NCBI GenBank assembly: GCA_025454835.1
Contig: JALONQ010000002.1
Span: 133,483-197,482, forward strand
DNA from: Bacteroidota bacterium
Lineage (GTDB): Bacteria; Bacteroidota; Ignavibacteria; UBA10030
Reading direction: 5' to 3'
DNA length: 64,000 nucleotides
A program made the translations under genes and the position numbers. Under the pieces are notes generated by a model, which was not told the DNA's origin, searched no databases, and worked only from the letters and a program-made list of their open reading frames with translations. Shown in pieces: positions 1 through 8,843 of this stretch (positions are counted from its first letter, which is position 1; each line of letters begins with the position of its first letter).

Positions 1-192
1 ATCGAGCCCGGCGTCTATCTGCGGGACAAGTTCGGCGTCCGGAGCGAGATCGACGTGGTCATATCGCCCACCGGCGAGGTGATCGTTCCGGGACTGCCGA
101 TGCAGGAGCATGTGGTGGCCATTCTGGCAGGGGCACCGGCGAAGCCCAAGGTGCGGTCGGTCGCCAAGAAAGCCAAGAAGTCCAAGCGATGA
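1..192 (+). CDS. C-terminal fragment of a probable M24 (Xaa-Pro) metallopeptidase; gene starts before the window
   Basis: Frame-1 translation IEPGVYLRDKFGVRSEIDVVI...KKAKKSKR* (TGA 190-192). IEPGxY...GVRxE is the C-terminal metal-binding motif of M24 peptidases. Not in the ORF track because it lacks a start. Confidence 0.7.
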   Translation: MEPGVYLRDKFGVRSEIDVVISPTGEVIVPGLPMQEHVVAILAGAPAKPKVRSVAKKAKKSKR

Positions 193-199
193 CCCGCCC

Positions 200-1624
200 G
201 TGACGCTGCCCGCGAGCGCAGGTCCCATTGCGCCGACCACGGGCGGTGACGAGATCCGCCCGCTGCCGCCGGCACCCTCGAAGCTCTGGCGCATCATCGG
301 TCCGGGCGTTGTCGCGTCGGGTGTCGGTCTTTCGTCGGGCGAATTCGTCCTGTGGCCGTACATCGCCTCGCAGGTGGGTCTGGTGTTCCTGTGGGGCGCC
401 ATCCTTGGCGTCGTGACGCAGTTCTTCATCAATATGGAGATCGAGCGCTACACGCTCGCCACCGGTGAGACGGCGCTTGCGGGCTTCAACCGCATCTGGC
501 GGCACGCCGGACCGGTCTTCGTTCTGCTGGTGTGCTTCGGAAATCTGTGGCCTGGGTGGGCGATGAGCGCCGCCACCCTCTGCACCTACGTGTTCGGCGG
601 CAGTGCGCGCGTCATCGCCATCGTCGGCCTGCTCGTGATCGGTGCCGGCCTGACGCTCGCGCCCGTGGTCTACGAAGCGCTCGAACGGCTCGTGTTCGTC
701 AAGGTCGCCGCGGTCCTCGTGCTCATCGTGCTCGCGGTCGCGCTGGTGATCCGCGCGGACACCTGGACGGCGCTCGCGGCTGGCGCGGCGCACACGGGGC
801 AGTTCCCGGGAGCGTTGGACTTCTCGTTGTTGTTGGGTGCCATCGCGTTCGCAGGGGCCGGCGGCGGCCAGAACCTTTGCCAGAGCAACTGGATCCGTGA
901 CAAGGGCTTTGGCATGGGGCAATACGTGCCGCGCCTCGTCAGCCCCCTGACCGGCGAAGAGACCAACGCGGCTCGGGCGCCGCGCTACCGGTTCGAACCG
1001 ACCCCCGAGCATATGGAACGGTGGCGCGGTTGGTGGCGGCTCGCCAACGCCGAGCAGGCGCTCGCCTTCGCCGCGGTGACAGTGCTCACCATTGCGATGA
1101 CGTCGATGCTCGCGCACACGCTGTTGCACGGGCGCGGGGACCTGCCGAACGGAATTGCGTTCCTCGGGCTCGAGGGGCGTGCGCTTCAGGAACTGGTCGG
1201 CCCCTGGTTCGGGATCCTGTTCTGGCTGGTGGGCGCTCTCTCGCTCTTCACGGCGGCCATGGGCATCGTGGACTACACGAGCCGCCTCGCCGCCGACGTA
1301 CTGACGGCCGGAGGTCGCAGGAAGCCCGCGGTCTCAGAGAGCCGCATGTACTTCCGGATCGTCTGGGCGTTGGTGCTGTCCGGCGTAACGGTCCTGGCGG
1401 CGGGCATCGATCAGCCGCTGGTGCTGCTGGTCATCGCGGCGTGCGTCGGCGGCACGACGATGTCCGTGTACTCGGCGCTGCTGATCGTGCTCAACCGCCG
1501 GCACCTCGTTCCGGCGCTTCGCATCGGCTGGATCCGTCTTGCGGTCCTCGCCTGGTCCGCGCTGTTCTACGGCTACCTGGCCGTCCTCACCATCCTGCAG
1601 GAATCGCGGCGGCTCTTCGGGTGA
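200..1624 (+). CDS. Nramp-superfamily (MntH/YcsG-like) membrane transporter
   Basis: IGPGVVASGVGLSSGEF, QFFINMEIERYTLATGET and many hydrophobic helices. In-frame GTG at 200, just after the upstream stop, preferred over the track start at 110. Confidence 0.75.
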   Translation: MTLPASAGPIAPTTGGDEIRPLPPAPSKLWRIIGPGVVASGVGLSSGEFVLWPYIASQVGLVFLWGAILGVVTQFFINMEIERYTLATGETALAGFNRIWRHAGPVFVLLVCFGNLWPGWAMSAATLCTYVFGGSARVIAIVGLLVIGAGLTLAPVVYEALERLVFVKVAAVLVLIVLAVALVIRADTWTALAAGAAHTGQFPGALDFSLLLGAIAFAGAGGGQNLCQSNWIRDKGFGMGQYVPRLVSPLTGEETNAARAPRYRFEPTPEHMERWRGWWRLANAEQALAFAAVTVLTIAMTSMLAHTLLHGRGDLPNGIAFLGLEGRALQELVGPWFGILFWLVGALSLFTAAMGIVDYTSRLAADVLTAGGRRKPAVSESRMYFRIVWALVLSGVTVLAAGIDQPLVLLVIAACVGGTTMSVYSALLIVLNRRHLVPALRIGWIRLAVLAWSALFYGYLAVLTILQESRRLFG

Positions 1625-1685
1625 AGTCCCGGGCCGATGCCGATCGGAGAGTGCTGATGATCGTCCGCTGTCGAAAGGTCTGTAC

Positions 1686-2990
1686 GTGCGTCTAAGAACC
1701 CTCGTATTGCTCGGGGCGGCGAGCTTCGTGCTGCTGCTGGCGTTGAACGCGTATCTGCAGCCCGCCCTGGGTCCGTCCAACAGCTCCGAGCCGGTCAGGG
1801 TCTTCTACGCGGACCACATCTCTCGCGCGCACCGCGAGCTCATCGCCGAATTCAATCAGCTCCATGCCGGCCGCATCGAGGTGGTGCCCGTGGACCTTCC
1901 GTTCGAGAAGTTCTCGACGAACGAACGCAAGGAGCTGCTGGCCCGGTCGCTGCGCAGCAAGAGCGAGAAACTGGACGTGTTCGCCGTGGACCTGATCTGG
2001 GTCTCACGATTCGCGCGATGGGGGGAGCCGCTCGACGCATACTTTCCTCCGTCGGTGCGGGCGGGCTTCATGACGACTGCGTTGAAGTCGTGCATCGTGG
2101 GTGATACACTCGTGGCGATGCCTCTCTACCTCGATGTTGGCGTCCTCTACTACCGACGCGACCTTATTCAAAGACTCCCAGATGGCGCGGCCGTCGAGCG
2201 GCGATTACAGTCGGGGATCACGTGGGAGGAGTTGGAGTCGCTGCGGAAGCGCCTGGGCTACGAGCGTCGGCCGTTCTTCGTCTACCCTGCCAAAGCCTAC
2301 GAAGGGCTCATCTGTTGTTTCCTCGAGCACGCGATGGGGGACGACAGTACCTACCTCGACCAGAACCGGCTCGCGATGACGGAACCCGCAGCCGGCAGGG
2401 CATTGGCGCGCCTGGTCCAGTTCGTGCGCAAAGGGTGGACGCCGGCCGCCGCGACCGGGTTCGATGAGAACCAAAGCTATCGGTGGTTCCTCGACAACGA
2501 TGCCGTGTTCGTACGCGGCTGGCCGAACTTCATCGAAAACTTCTCCGGCTTCTATCCCGACACGTCCAAGCTCCGCGCCGTGGCGCGCGCTCCCCTGCCG
2601 CACAGCCGGGGCGGCTCGTCCCGCTCGGTGTTTGGCGGTTGGAACCTGATGATCTCGCGTGCGTCGTCGAAGAAGGCCGAAGCCGTCGAGTTCATCAAGT
2701 TCCTTCAGTCGCCCCGGTCGCAGCGGCTCCTGTTCGAGTTGAGCGGCTACATCCCGGTGCACGCCGAGGTGTACCGCGACAAGAGCCTCATCGCCGAGCA
2801 CCCGGAGCTATCGCTCTACCACGCGCTGGTACAGCGCGGGTTCCACCGGCCGATGATCGTCGATTACACCCGAACGTCGGACATCGCTTCACACTTCCTC
2901 CACCGGGCGATCCGCGGTGACCTCACCGTCGACGACGCTCTTCGCCAGGCCGACGCCATGATCCGTTCCAACTCGGTGTTGCTCAAATGA
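1686..2990 (+). CDS. Extracellular solute-binding protein (sugar SBP, family 1-like) with N-terminal membrane anchor
   Basis: LDVFAVDLIWVSRFA, AMPLYLDVGVLYYRRDL, YEGLIC, AVFVRGWP, GGWNLMI, AVEFIKFL. Hydrophobic N-terminus after GTG 1686 with no lipobox Cys. ATGA overlap with the next gene. Confidence 0.8.
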   Translation: MRLRTLVLLGAASFVLLLALNAYLQPALGPSNSSEPVRVFYADHISRAHRELIAEFNQLHAGRIEVVPVDLPFEKFSTNERKELLARSLRSKSEKLDVFAVDLIWVSRFARWGEPLDAYFPPSVRAGFMTTALKSCIVGDTLVAMPLYLDVGVLYYRRDLIQRLPDGAAVERRLQSGITWEELESLRKRLGYERRPFFVYPAKAYEGLICCFLEHAMGDDSTYLDQNRLAMTEPAAGRALARLVQFVRKGWTPAAATGFDENQSYRWFLDNDAVFVRGWPNFIENFSGFYPDTSKLRAVARAPLPHSRGGSSRSVFGGWNLMISRASSKKAEAVEFIKFLQSPRSQRLLFELSGYIPVHAEVYRDKSLIAEHPELSLYHALVQRGFHRPMIVDYTRTSDIASHFLHRAIRGDLTVDDALRQADAMIRSNSVLLK

Positions 2991-4489
2991 GGCCCGAGAT
3001 CCAGGCACGGTTTGCCGCCCTGCTCCAGCCGCTGCGCAAGTACCGGTTCGAGCTCCGGCATCTTACGGTTCTGCTCCTGGTGTTGATCGGCTTCCAGGTC
3101 ATCGTGCTCTTTCTGAATCAGCGGTCTCTGCACGTCGTCTTCGACCAGACCCAGCAATGGTATCGGCAGGATGCGGCGGAGCGCATCGCCAATCTGTCCG
3201 CCACGTCGCTGGAGCTGCTGTTGGAGTCGCATCCGACCCGTCAGGCGATGAGCGACGACCGCGAGCTCCAGATCGTCCAGGAATTCAACATCATCTTCAG
3301 CCAGCAGCTGCTCGACAAGAATGTCCAGAGCGTCTGCATCATCATCTCGGAGCCTGCCGGCCTCTCGATCGTTGACGACGGCCAGCAGCTATTCGACGTC
3401 TTCTATCGGGAGGGAGTTCGCCCGCCGTCCGACGTGAGCGGCCACGCCGAGGCGCTCCAATGGTACCGGACGCTCGAGCCCCGGCTGCGGCAGGCGGAAC
3501 AGATCACGACCGTCGTCGACGACCATGGCGGTTTTCACGTCTTCGTGCCATTCGTGCCGCAGGGGGAATTCTCAGGCGCCGTTTACATGAAGAGTTCCCC
3601 CGACCTGTCCTTCCTGACCGGAGCCCTGGCCTCGATCAACGACCAGACGGCGCTTGTCTATGCAGCGCTCATCTTCATCGGGTTCCTCGGCATGTACTTC
3701 ATCTCCACCCGCACGCTCCGGGAGCGAAACGACGCCCTCCAAGCGCTCTTCGAGGAGCAGAAGCGCCATCTGGCGGATGAGATCCACCACCAGAAAGAGA
3801 CTGTGTTCGCCAAGCGCATCTATCACGCCCACCACAAAGCGGAGAAGATCAGCGGCTTCATCAAAGAAGACCTGCGGACGATGACCACCAGAAACATGGA
3901 GGAGGTGCGCCATCGGATCGGCAAATACGCCAGCTTCGTCGCCCGGGTCATCTACGACATGAAGTGGTACGACCCCCCGATTCAAACGGTCCGGGGGCCG
4001 ATGTTCTCGACCGACATCAACGAGGTGCTCCGATTCATCGTGGACCACGTCTTCCGTCGTGTCGCGGACGGCAGGGACGCGTGTCGATTCGACCTCGATC
4101 TCGATGACCGGTTACCGAGGGTCGCGGTCAACGAGTATGTGCTGTGGGAGATCATCGAGCCGATCCTGCAGAATGCTCTTGACCATGCGAACGTGTCGGG
4201 CGTCGTCGTCCAGGTGCGCACGACCTTCCACGCGACAACGCGGCGCGCCACGATCGTGGTCGAGGACAACGGCCGCGGCGTTCGCAACGATCTGCTCCAG
4301 GCCGACGAACGGAAGGTCCAGCGCCTCTTTTTGGAGCATGTCAGCGCGGCGACCCCCGGCGCGAAAGAGCATTCCGGATACGGCTGCTTCATCGCCCACG
4401 AGATCGCCACCCAACGGCTCGGCTGGTCGCTGACCGCCGAGAATATCCCGGGCAGCGGGGCCCGGATCACCTTCGTTCTCACGGCGTAA
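2987..4489 (+). CDS. Membrane sensor histidine kinase with atypical H-box
   Basis: Two TM segments flank a periplasmic domain. HATPase motifs N (ILQNALDHA), G1 (VEDNGRGV) and G2-like (HSGYGC). His-rich RIYHAHHKAEK where the H-box is expected. Confidence 0.8.
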   Translation: MRPEIQARFAALLQPLRKYRFELRHLTVLLLVLIGFQVIVLFLNQRSLHVVFDQTQQWYRQDAAERIANLSATSLELLLESHPTRQAMSDDRELQIVQEFNIIFSQQLLDKNVQSVCIIISEPAGLSIVDDGQQLFDVFYREGVRPPSDVSGHAEALQWYRTLEPRLRQAEQITTVVDDHGGFHVFVPFVPQGEFSGAVYMKSSPDLSFLTGALASINDQTALVYAALIFIGFLGMYFISTRTLRERNDALQALFEEQKRHLADEIHHQKETVFAKRIYHAHHKAEKISGFIKEDLRTMTTRNMEEVRHRIGKYASFVARVIYDMKWYDPPIQTVRGPMFSTDINEVLRFIVDHVFRRVADGRDACRFDLDLDDRLPRVAVNEYVLWEIIEPILQNALDHANVSGVVVQVRTTFHATTRRATIVVEDNGRGVRNDLLQADERKVQRLFLEHVSAATPGAKEHSGYGCFIAHEIATQRLGWSLTAENIPGSGARITFVLTA

Positions 4490-4496
4490 GCCAGCC

Positions 4497-5957
4497 ATGC
4501 TCGTCGGCCGTCCAGTACGGATCCTATTGATCGAAGACGAAGCGTTCGACGTGCGCCGCGTTCATCGGACGCTCCAGCCGTTCGCCGAGCAGCTGCAGGT
4601 GCGACATGTCATCTCGAACGGCGACGCGGCGATCGAGCTCGTTCGTGCCGAAGGGAACGAGCTGGACGTCGTCATCATGGATATGCAGATCGCCGGGGGC
4701 GTCATGGGGGAGGCGCTGATCCGCGAGATCAAGCGGTGGCAGCCGTCTCTACCGATCATCGTCATCACGAAGATGACCGTGAACATCGCTGACGCCGATT
4801 TCGCCAACCGGCTGCTCAAGTCGGGCGCATATTGGTACTGCACGAAGTATCCGACGGATATCGAAGAAGCGATCTATCAACCGACGGACTTCATCCTGAG
4901 CATCGTCAATGCGGCCGAACAGCGACGACTCCGGCGCGAACAAGACCGCACCGAGGGCAAGCTCGTGCGAAATGCCGAAGAGGTGCTTGCCCGAACGCGG
5001 CTGATCGGGGTATCGCCCGCGATCCAGAAGGTCCGTGCGCAAGTGCGCCAGGTGGCTTCGACCGACGCCTCGGTGCTCATCAGCGGCGCGTCGGGCACGG
5101 GCAAAGAACTGGTTGCCTCTCAGATCCATTATCAGAGCGCTCGCCGGCTCGAGAACTACGTGCCGATCAACTGCGGCAGCATCCCCGATCACCTCGTGGA
5201 AAGCGAGCTCTTCGGACACGAGAAGGGATCGTTCACCGGCGCCGACCGAGCAAAGATGGGTCTCTTCGAAGCCGGACATCGCGGAACGATCTTCCTTGAC
5301 GAGGTCGCCGAGCTTCCTCTTCCGGCGCAGGTGAAGCTCCTTCGCGTGCTGCAGGACGGGGAGATCGAAAAGATCGGCCGGACGCACCGTACGAAGGTCG
5401 ACGTCCGCATCGTCGCGGCGACGAACAAGATCTTGCAAAGCGAGATCACAGCCGGCCGCTTCCGCGAGGACCTGTTCTATCGGTTGAATGTCGTTCCGAT
5501 CCATCTTCCGTCGCTCAAAGACCGAAGAGAGGACGTGCCGGTCCTGTGGGAGCACTTCGTTCGACAGATGACCTTTGATATGGGGCACGAGTCGCCGACA
5601 ACGGAGGACGGTGCCTATCAGGTGCTGACGAGCTATGCATGGCCGGGCAATGTGCGAGAGATGAAAAACGTGATCCAACGTCTTCTGCTGATGGGAGAGT
5701 CCGTGATCACGGCGGATGTCGTTTCCGAGTACCTCACGCTGGCCCCCATCAACCCGCCCCCCGATGGTCCGCACACGATCGCCTTTGGAAGCGCCGACGA
5801 ACTGCTGCCGCTCAGGGAAATGGAGCGCCTCTTCCGTCTCCGGTACTTCCAGTTTGTGCGCTCCCATTCAGCTTCCGATGCCGAGGCTGCCAAGAAGCTC
5901 GGTCTTGCCCCTCCGAACTACCACCGCATGAGCAAGGACCTCGGTCTGAAGGACTGA
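4497..5957 (+). CDS. Sigma-54-dependent response regulator (NtrC-family enhancer-binding protein)
   Basis: Receiver (ILLIEDE, VVIMDMQ, T, K). AAA+ with GASGTGKE, ESELFGHEKGSFTGA, DEVAE, FREDLFYRLNV, WPGNVRE. C-terminal Fis-like HTH (AAKKLGL). Confidence 0.93.
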   Translation: MLVGRPVRILLIEDEAFDVRRVHRTLQPFAEQLQVRHVISNGDAAIELVRAEGNELDVVIMDMQIAGGVMGEALIREIKRWQPSLPIIVITKMTVNIADADFANRLLKSGAYWYCTKYPTDIEEAIYQPTDFILSIVNAAEQRRLRREQDRTEGKLVRNAEEVLARTRLIGVSPAIQKVRAQVRQVASTDASVLISGASGTGKELVASQIHYQSARRLENYVPINCGSIPDHLVESELFGHEKGSFTGADRAKMGLFEAGHRGTIFLDEVAELPLPAQVKLLRVLQDGEIEKIGRTHRTKVDVRIVAATNKILQSEITAGRFREDLFYRLNVVPIHLPSLKDRREDVPVLWEHFVRQMTFDMGHESPTTEDGAYQVLTSYAWPGNVREMKNVIQRLLLMGESVITADVVSEYLTLAPINPPPDGPHTIAFGSADELLPLREMERLFRLRYFQFVRSHSASDAEAAKKLGLAPPNYHRMSKDLGLKD

Positions 5958-6048
5958 GCTCCGCTTCGGTCAGTCGAGCCCGTCTATAGAGAGGGGTCGA
6001 TGCCCCTCCTGAGTCCTGCAAACCGCTCAATCCGGCCACTCCTGTGAC

Positions 6049-6072
6049 CTTCTCGTTGTTGGGAACGAGAAG
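6049..6072. promoter_or_regulatory. Perfect inverted repeat CTTCTCGTT-N6-AACGAGAAG, candidate upstream activator site
   Basis: Read directly. Lies ~80-105 bp upstream of a candidate -24/-12 element, immediately downstream of the sigma-54 activator gene. Confidence 0.45.
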
Positions 6073-6151
6073 TAGCATTATTGTAACGATAAGATGCAGA
6101 CCGCGAGATCTATTGGAACGGCCGCCGATGCCAAAAAAGGCTGACTCCATC

Positions 6152-6167
6152 TTGGTACGGCAATTGA
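6152..6167 (+). promoter_or_regulatory. Candidate sigma-54 (-24/-12) promoter TTGGTACG-GCAA-TTGA
   Basis: GG-N10 spacing and TTG correct, but the -12 position reads GA instead of GC. About 110 nt upstream of ATG 6278. Confidence 0.4.
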
Positions 6168-6277
6168 GGTGAGTGGCGTGTCTTGCAGGTATCCTCGGCT
6201 GCCGGTCGTCGGAGCCGTCGGTGTTCCTGGCAGCCAACCCGCACATTTCTCATCCACCGTCTCAAAGGAGACCGCAC

Positions 6278-8788
6278 ATGCGGATGCTACAGTTCCTACT
6301 GGTGATCATGGTATTGCTCACGGTCCCGGTGTTCGGCCAGACCGTGATCGAGTCCTTCGATTCACCTAAGCCCGACTCGTTGTTCTACTTCGCGTCGGAG
6401 GGTTCTCCCACCTACATCCGAATGACGCAAGATGTGGCGGACAAGCAGGAGGGAATCGCTTCGACCAATATTCGGACGGCCATCGGCGCGTTTCATGCGT
6501 GGGGTTCTTTTTCCCAGATCGAATCGCGCTGGGTTGCCGGCACCATGGTGGACATCAGCATCAGCGATTCGGTGAGCATCTGGATCAAAGTGACCGAAGC
6601 GCCGAAGATCCCGGCGAACATGGTGATGCGCATCCATCTGATCGACTCGACATCGGGCGAGCCGCGAGAAGACTGGCTGTATGAGAACGCAACCATTCTG
6701 GATGCCGTCAGCGGCTGGGTGAACCTGAAGATCCCACTTACCGAGCGTGCGACGGACGGTTCGGTCGTCCCGAACGACGCCGGTTTTGTGTCTGCCCCGA
6801 CGGGATGGGGCGGATTCACGTACAACAACAAGAAGTTCGACCGCGACAAGATCGTTGGCTGGAAGATCGCATTCGTCACATCGGGCTGGGATCCGACCAA
6901 CGGCATTCCGGCCGACTCACTCGAGTTCAAGCTGGACGGTTTCCAGCGGTTCGGTCTGCGTGCCGTTCCTGCCATCATGTTCAACGGTCGCGACCTGAAC
7001 ATGAACATGAGTTCGTGGTCGTGGGGTCAGTCATCGGTGACCGTGGAGGCCAACGCCGGTCCGCTTCCGAAGACCAATGCCATCTTGTGGACACAGGGCA
7101 ACGAATACGGCAACGGCTGGACAGGCATGGGCTATGACGTCGGCAAGAATGCCGGCGCGCCGTTCAACCTGGCCGGTGGCTGGGTGGTGGACAGCGTCAC
7201 GTTCAAGATGAAGACCGACGCGGGTGTCGGACCGATCCGCCTGCAGTTCGAGACCGGCCCGTGGGGCTCCACGACGGGCAAACGCGGACATGTCTTCACT
7301 CCGAACAGCGACGGCAACTGGCATACGTATGCCTTTGCGCTTCGTGACTTTGTTGTGAAGGACGGTGCCACGAACTTCGATTCGTCGACCATCACCACGA
7401 TCGGTTTCATGGCCGAAGGGTCGGGCGTGGCCGGCAAGAAGTTGTATATCACGGATTGGTGGACCGGACGTCCGGTGTTTGACGTCATTCCTCCTGACGC
7501 CCCGTCGGGTCTGGCTGGTGCGGGCACGGGCTTTGTGAATCTCGTGACCTGGAACGACGTTCCGAACGAGCCTGGCATTCGCTACAACGTCTTCTTCGCC
7601 GACCATCCGTGGACCGCTGTCGAGGATTCGACGGTCGAAGACCTGCCGCCGTACAACATTACGAGCGCTGTTGCGACACATCCGTTGCGCGTCCCGAAGA
7701 CCGACGCCAACGTATCGCTCTACTATGGTGTCGTCTCCAAGGATCCTTCGGGCAACGAGAGTTCGCCCGTCCTCATGAGCTCGCCGGTGACGACGCTGGC
7801 GAAGGGTGTTCCTACGATCTCGAAGACAGGCCCGGCCTCATTCGTGGCCGACGGCGACCTGAGCGAGTGGTCGTCGATCACCCCCTTCGTGCTCTCGACG
7901 GTGTCTGGCACGGCGCACGCCGTTCCGAACTTCCCCATCACGAGCGACGCCGACCTGTCGGCGAACGCCTATGTGGCGGTGGATGCCACGTATATCTACG
8001 TGGCGTTCGATGTGACGGACGACATCGTGCTGGCCGCGACGACGGGCAACGACTACGAACAGGACTGCCCGGACATCTTCTTCGGCACGTACGACTGGCG
8101 CGGCAAGCGGCATTCGGCCTATCAGCGCGGCGCAAAGCCGGACTACCATCTGCGCTTCTCGCGACACCGCATCTGGATCGACAACGGCGGCGTGCGGATC
8201 GACACGATCAGCGCGAATTATGCCTGGACAGAGAAGCTGTTGTCGCCCGGCTATGTCGTCGAAGCACGGATCGCCTGGGCGGACCTGGCCACGAAGTTGG
8301 CGGGCAATGACATCGTCTTCTCGCCGGTCGAAGGCATGCGCATCCCGATCGATTTCGCCATCAACGATCGCGATTCAGACGTTCGTAACGGTATTTTGGT
8401 CTATTCGATCCTGTCCAATGACGATTCGTACAAAGCCCCGTTCTACTGGACCTATACTTGGATCGGCGACAAGTCGACCACGACGTCGGTTGAGCAGGTG
8501 AGCGACGTTGCGACCTCGTTCGAGTTGGGCCAGAACTATCCGAATCCCTTCAACCCCAGCACCGAGATCCGGTATAGCGTTCCGACCTCCGGACCGGTGG
8601 CCCTGCGGGTGTACGACATGATGGGCCGCGAGGTCGAGACACTCGTCGACCGGACCATGGAAGCCGGTTCGTATGTCGTGACGTTCAACGCCGAGCGGTC
8701 CGGCCGAGCCATGGCCAGCGGCGTGTACTTCCTCCGGCTTGACGCGGGTGCCCACACCGCGATCCGGAAGATGCTGCTCGTGAAGTAA
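6278..8788 (+). CDS. Secreted non-catalytic multi-domain carbohydrate-binding protein (two CBM-like sandwiches, FnIII-like, CBM9-like, T9SS type-A CTD)
   Basis: Signal peptide MRMLQFLLV...PVFG after RBS AAGGAG. FVADGDLSEW...AYVAVDATYIYVAFDVTDD...IDFAINDRD is CBM9-like. CTD ELGQNYPNPFNPSTEIRY...SGVYFLRL...KMLLVK. No catalytic GH motif recognised. Confidence 0.7.
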   Translation: MRMLQFLLVIMVLLTVPVFGQTVIESFDSPKPDSLFYFASEGSPTYIRMTQDVADKQEGIASTNIRTAIGAFHAWGSFSQIESRWVAGTMVDISISDSVSIWIKVTEAPKIPANMVMRIHLIDSTSGEPREDWLYENATILDAVSGWVNLKIPLTERATDGSVVPNDAGFVSAPTGWGGFTYNNKKFDRDKIVGWKIAFVTSGWDPTNGIPADSLEFKLDGFQRFGLRAVPAIMFNGRDLNMNMSSWSWGQSSVTVEANAGPLPKTNAILWTQGNEYGNGWTGMGYDVGKNAGAPFNLAGGWVVDSVTFKMKTDAGVGPIRLQFETGPWGSTTGKRGHVFTPNSDGNWHTYAFALRDFVVKDGATNFDSSTITTIGFMAEGSGVAGKKLYITDWWTGRPVFDVIPPDAPSGLAGAGTGFVNLVTWNDVPNEPGIRYNVFFADHPWTAVEDSTVEDLPPYNITSAVATHPLRVPKTDANVSLYYGVVSKDPSGNESSPVLMSSPVTTLAKGVPTISKTGPASFVADGDLSEWSSITPFVLSTVSGTAHAVPNFPITSDADLSANAYVAVDATYIYVAFDVTDDIVLAATTGNDYEQDCPDIFFGTYDWRGKRHSAYQRGAKPDYHLRFSRHRIWIDNGGVRIDTISANYAWTEKLLSPGYVVEARIAWADLATKLAGNDIVFSPVEGMRIPIDFAINDRDSDVRNGILVYSILSNDDSYKAPFYWTYTWIGDKSTTTSVEQVSDVATSFELGQNYPNPFNPSTEIRYSVPTSGPVALRVYDMMGREVETLVDRTMEAGSYVVTFNAERSGRAMASGVYFLRLDAGAHTAIRKMLLVK

Positions 8789-8800
8789 CCATCCTGGAGA

Positions 8801-8830
8801 GGGGCGCACCACGGTGCGCCCCTTCCCTTT
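8801..8830 (+). terminator. Strong stem-loop GGGGCGCAC-CACG-GTGCGCCCC followed by TTCCCTTT, between the CBM gene and the TonB receptor
   Basis: Perfect 9-bp stem. The U-tract is interrupted, so it is either a leaky terminator or an RNA-stabilising hairpin. Confidence 0.6.
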
Positions 8831-8843
8831 TCCTGGCCGACCT

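Noticed and set aside
110-199. ORF-track N-terminal extensions (also 1539, 6173, 18962, 21429, 23552, 25395, 39686, 58697)
   Set aside because: They overlap upstream genes or repeats and precede evident signal peptides or conserved N-termini, so downstream starts were chosen.
6173-6187. TGGCGTGTCTTGCA as a sigma-54 promoter
   Set aside because: Spacing is 8 nt, so the 6152 element was preferred.
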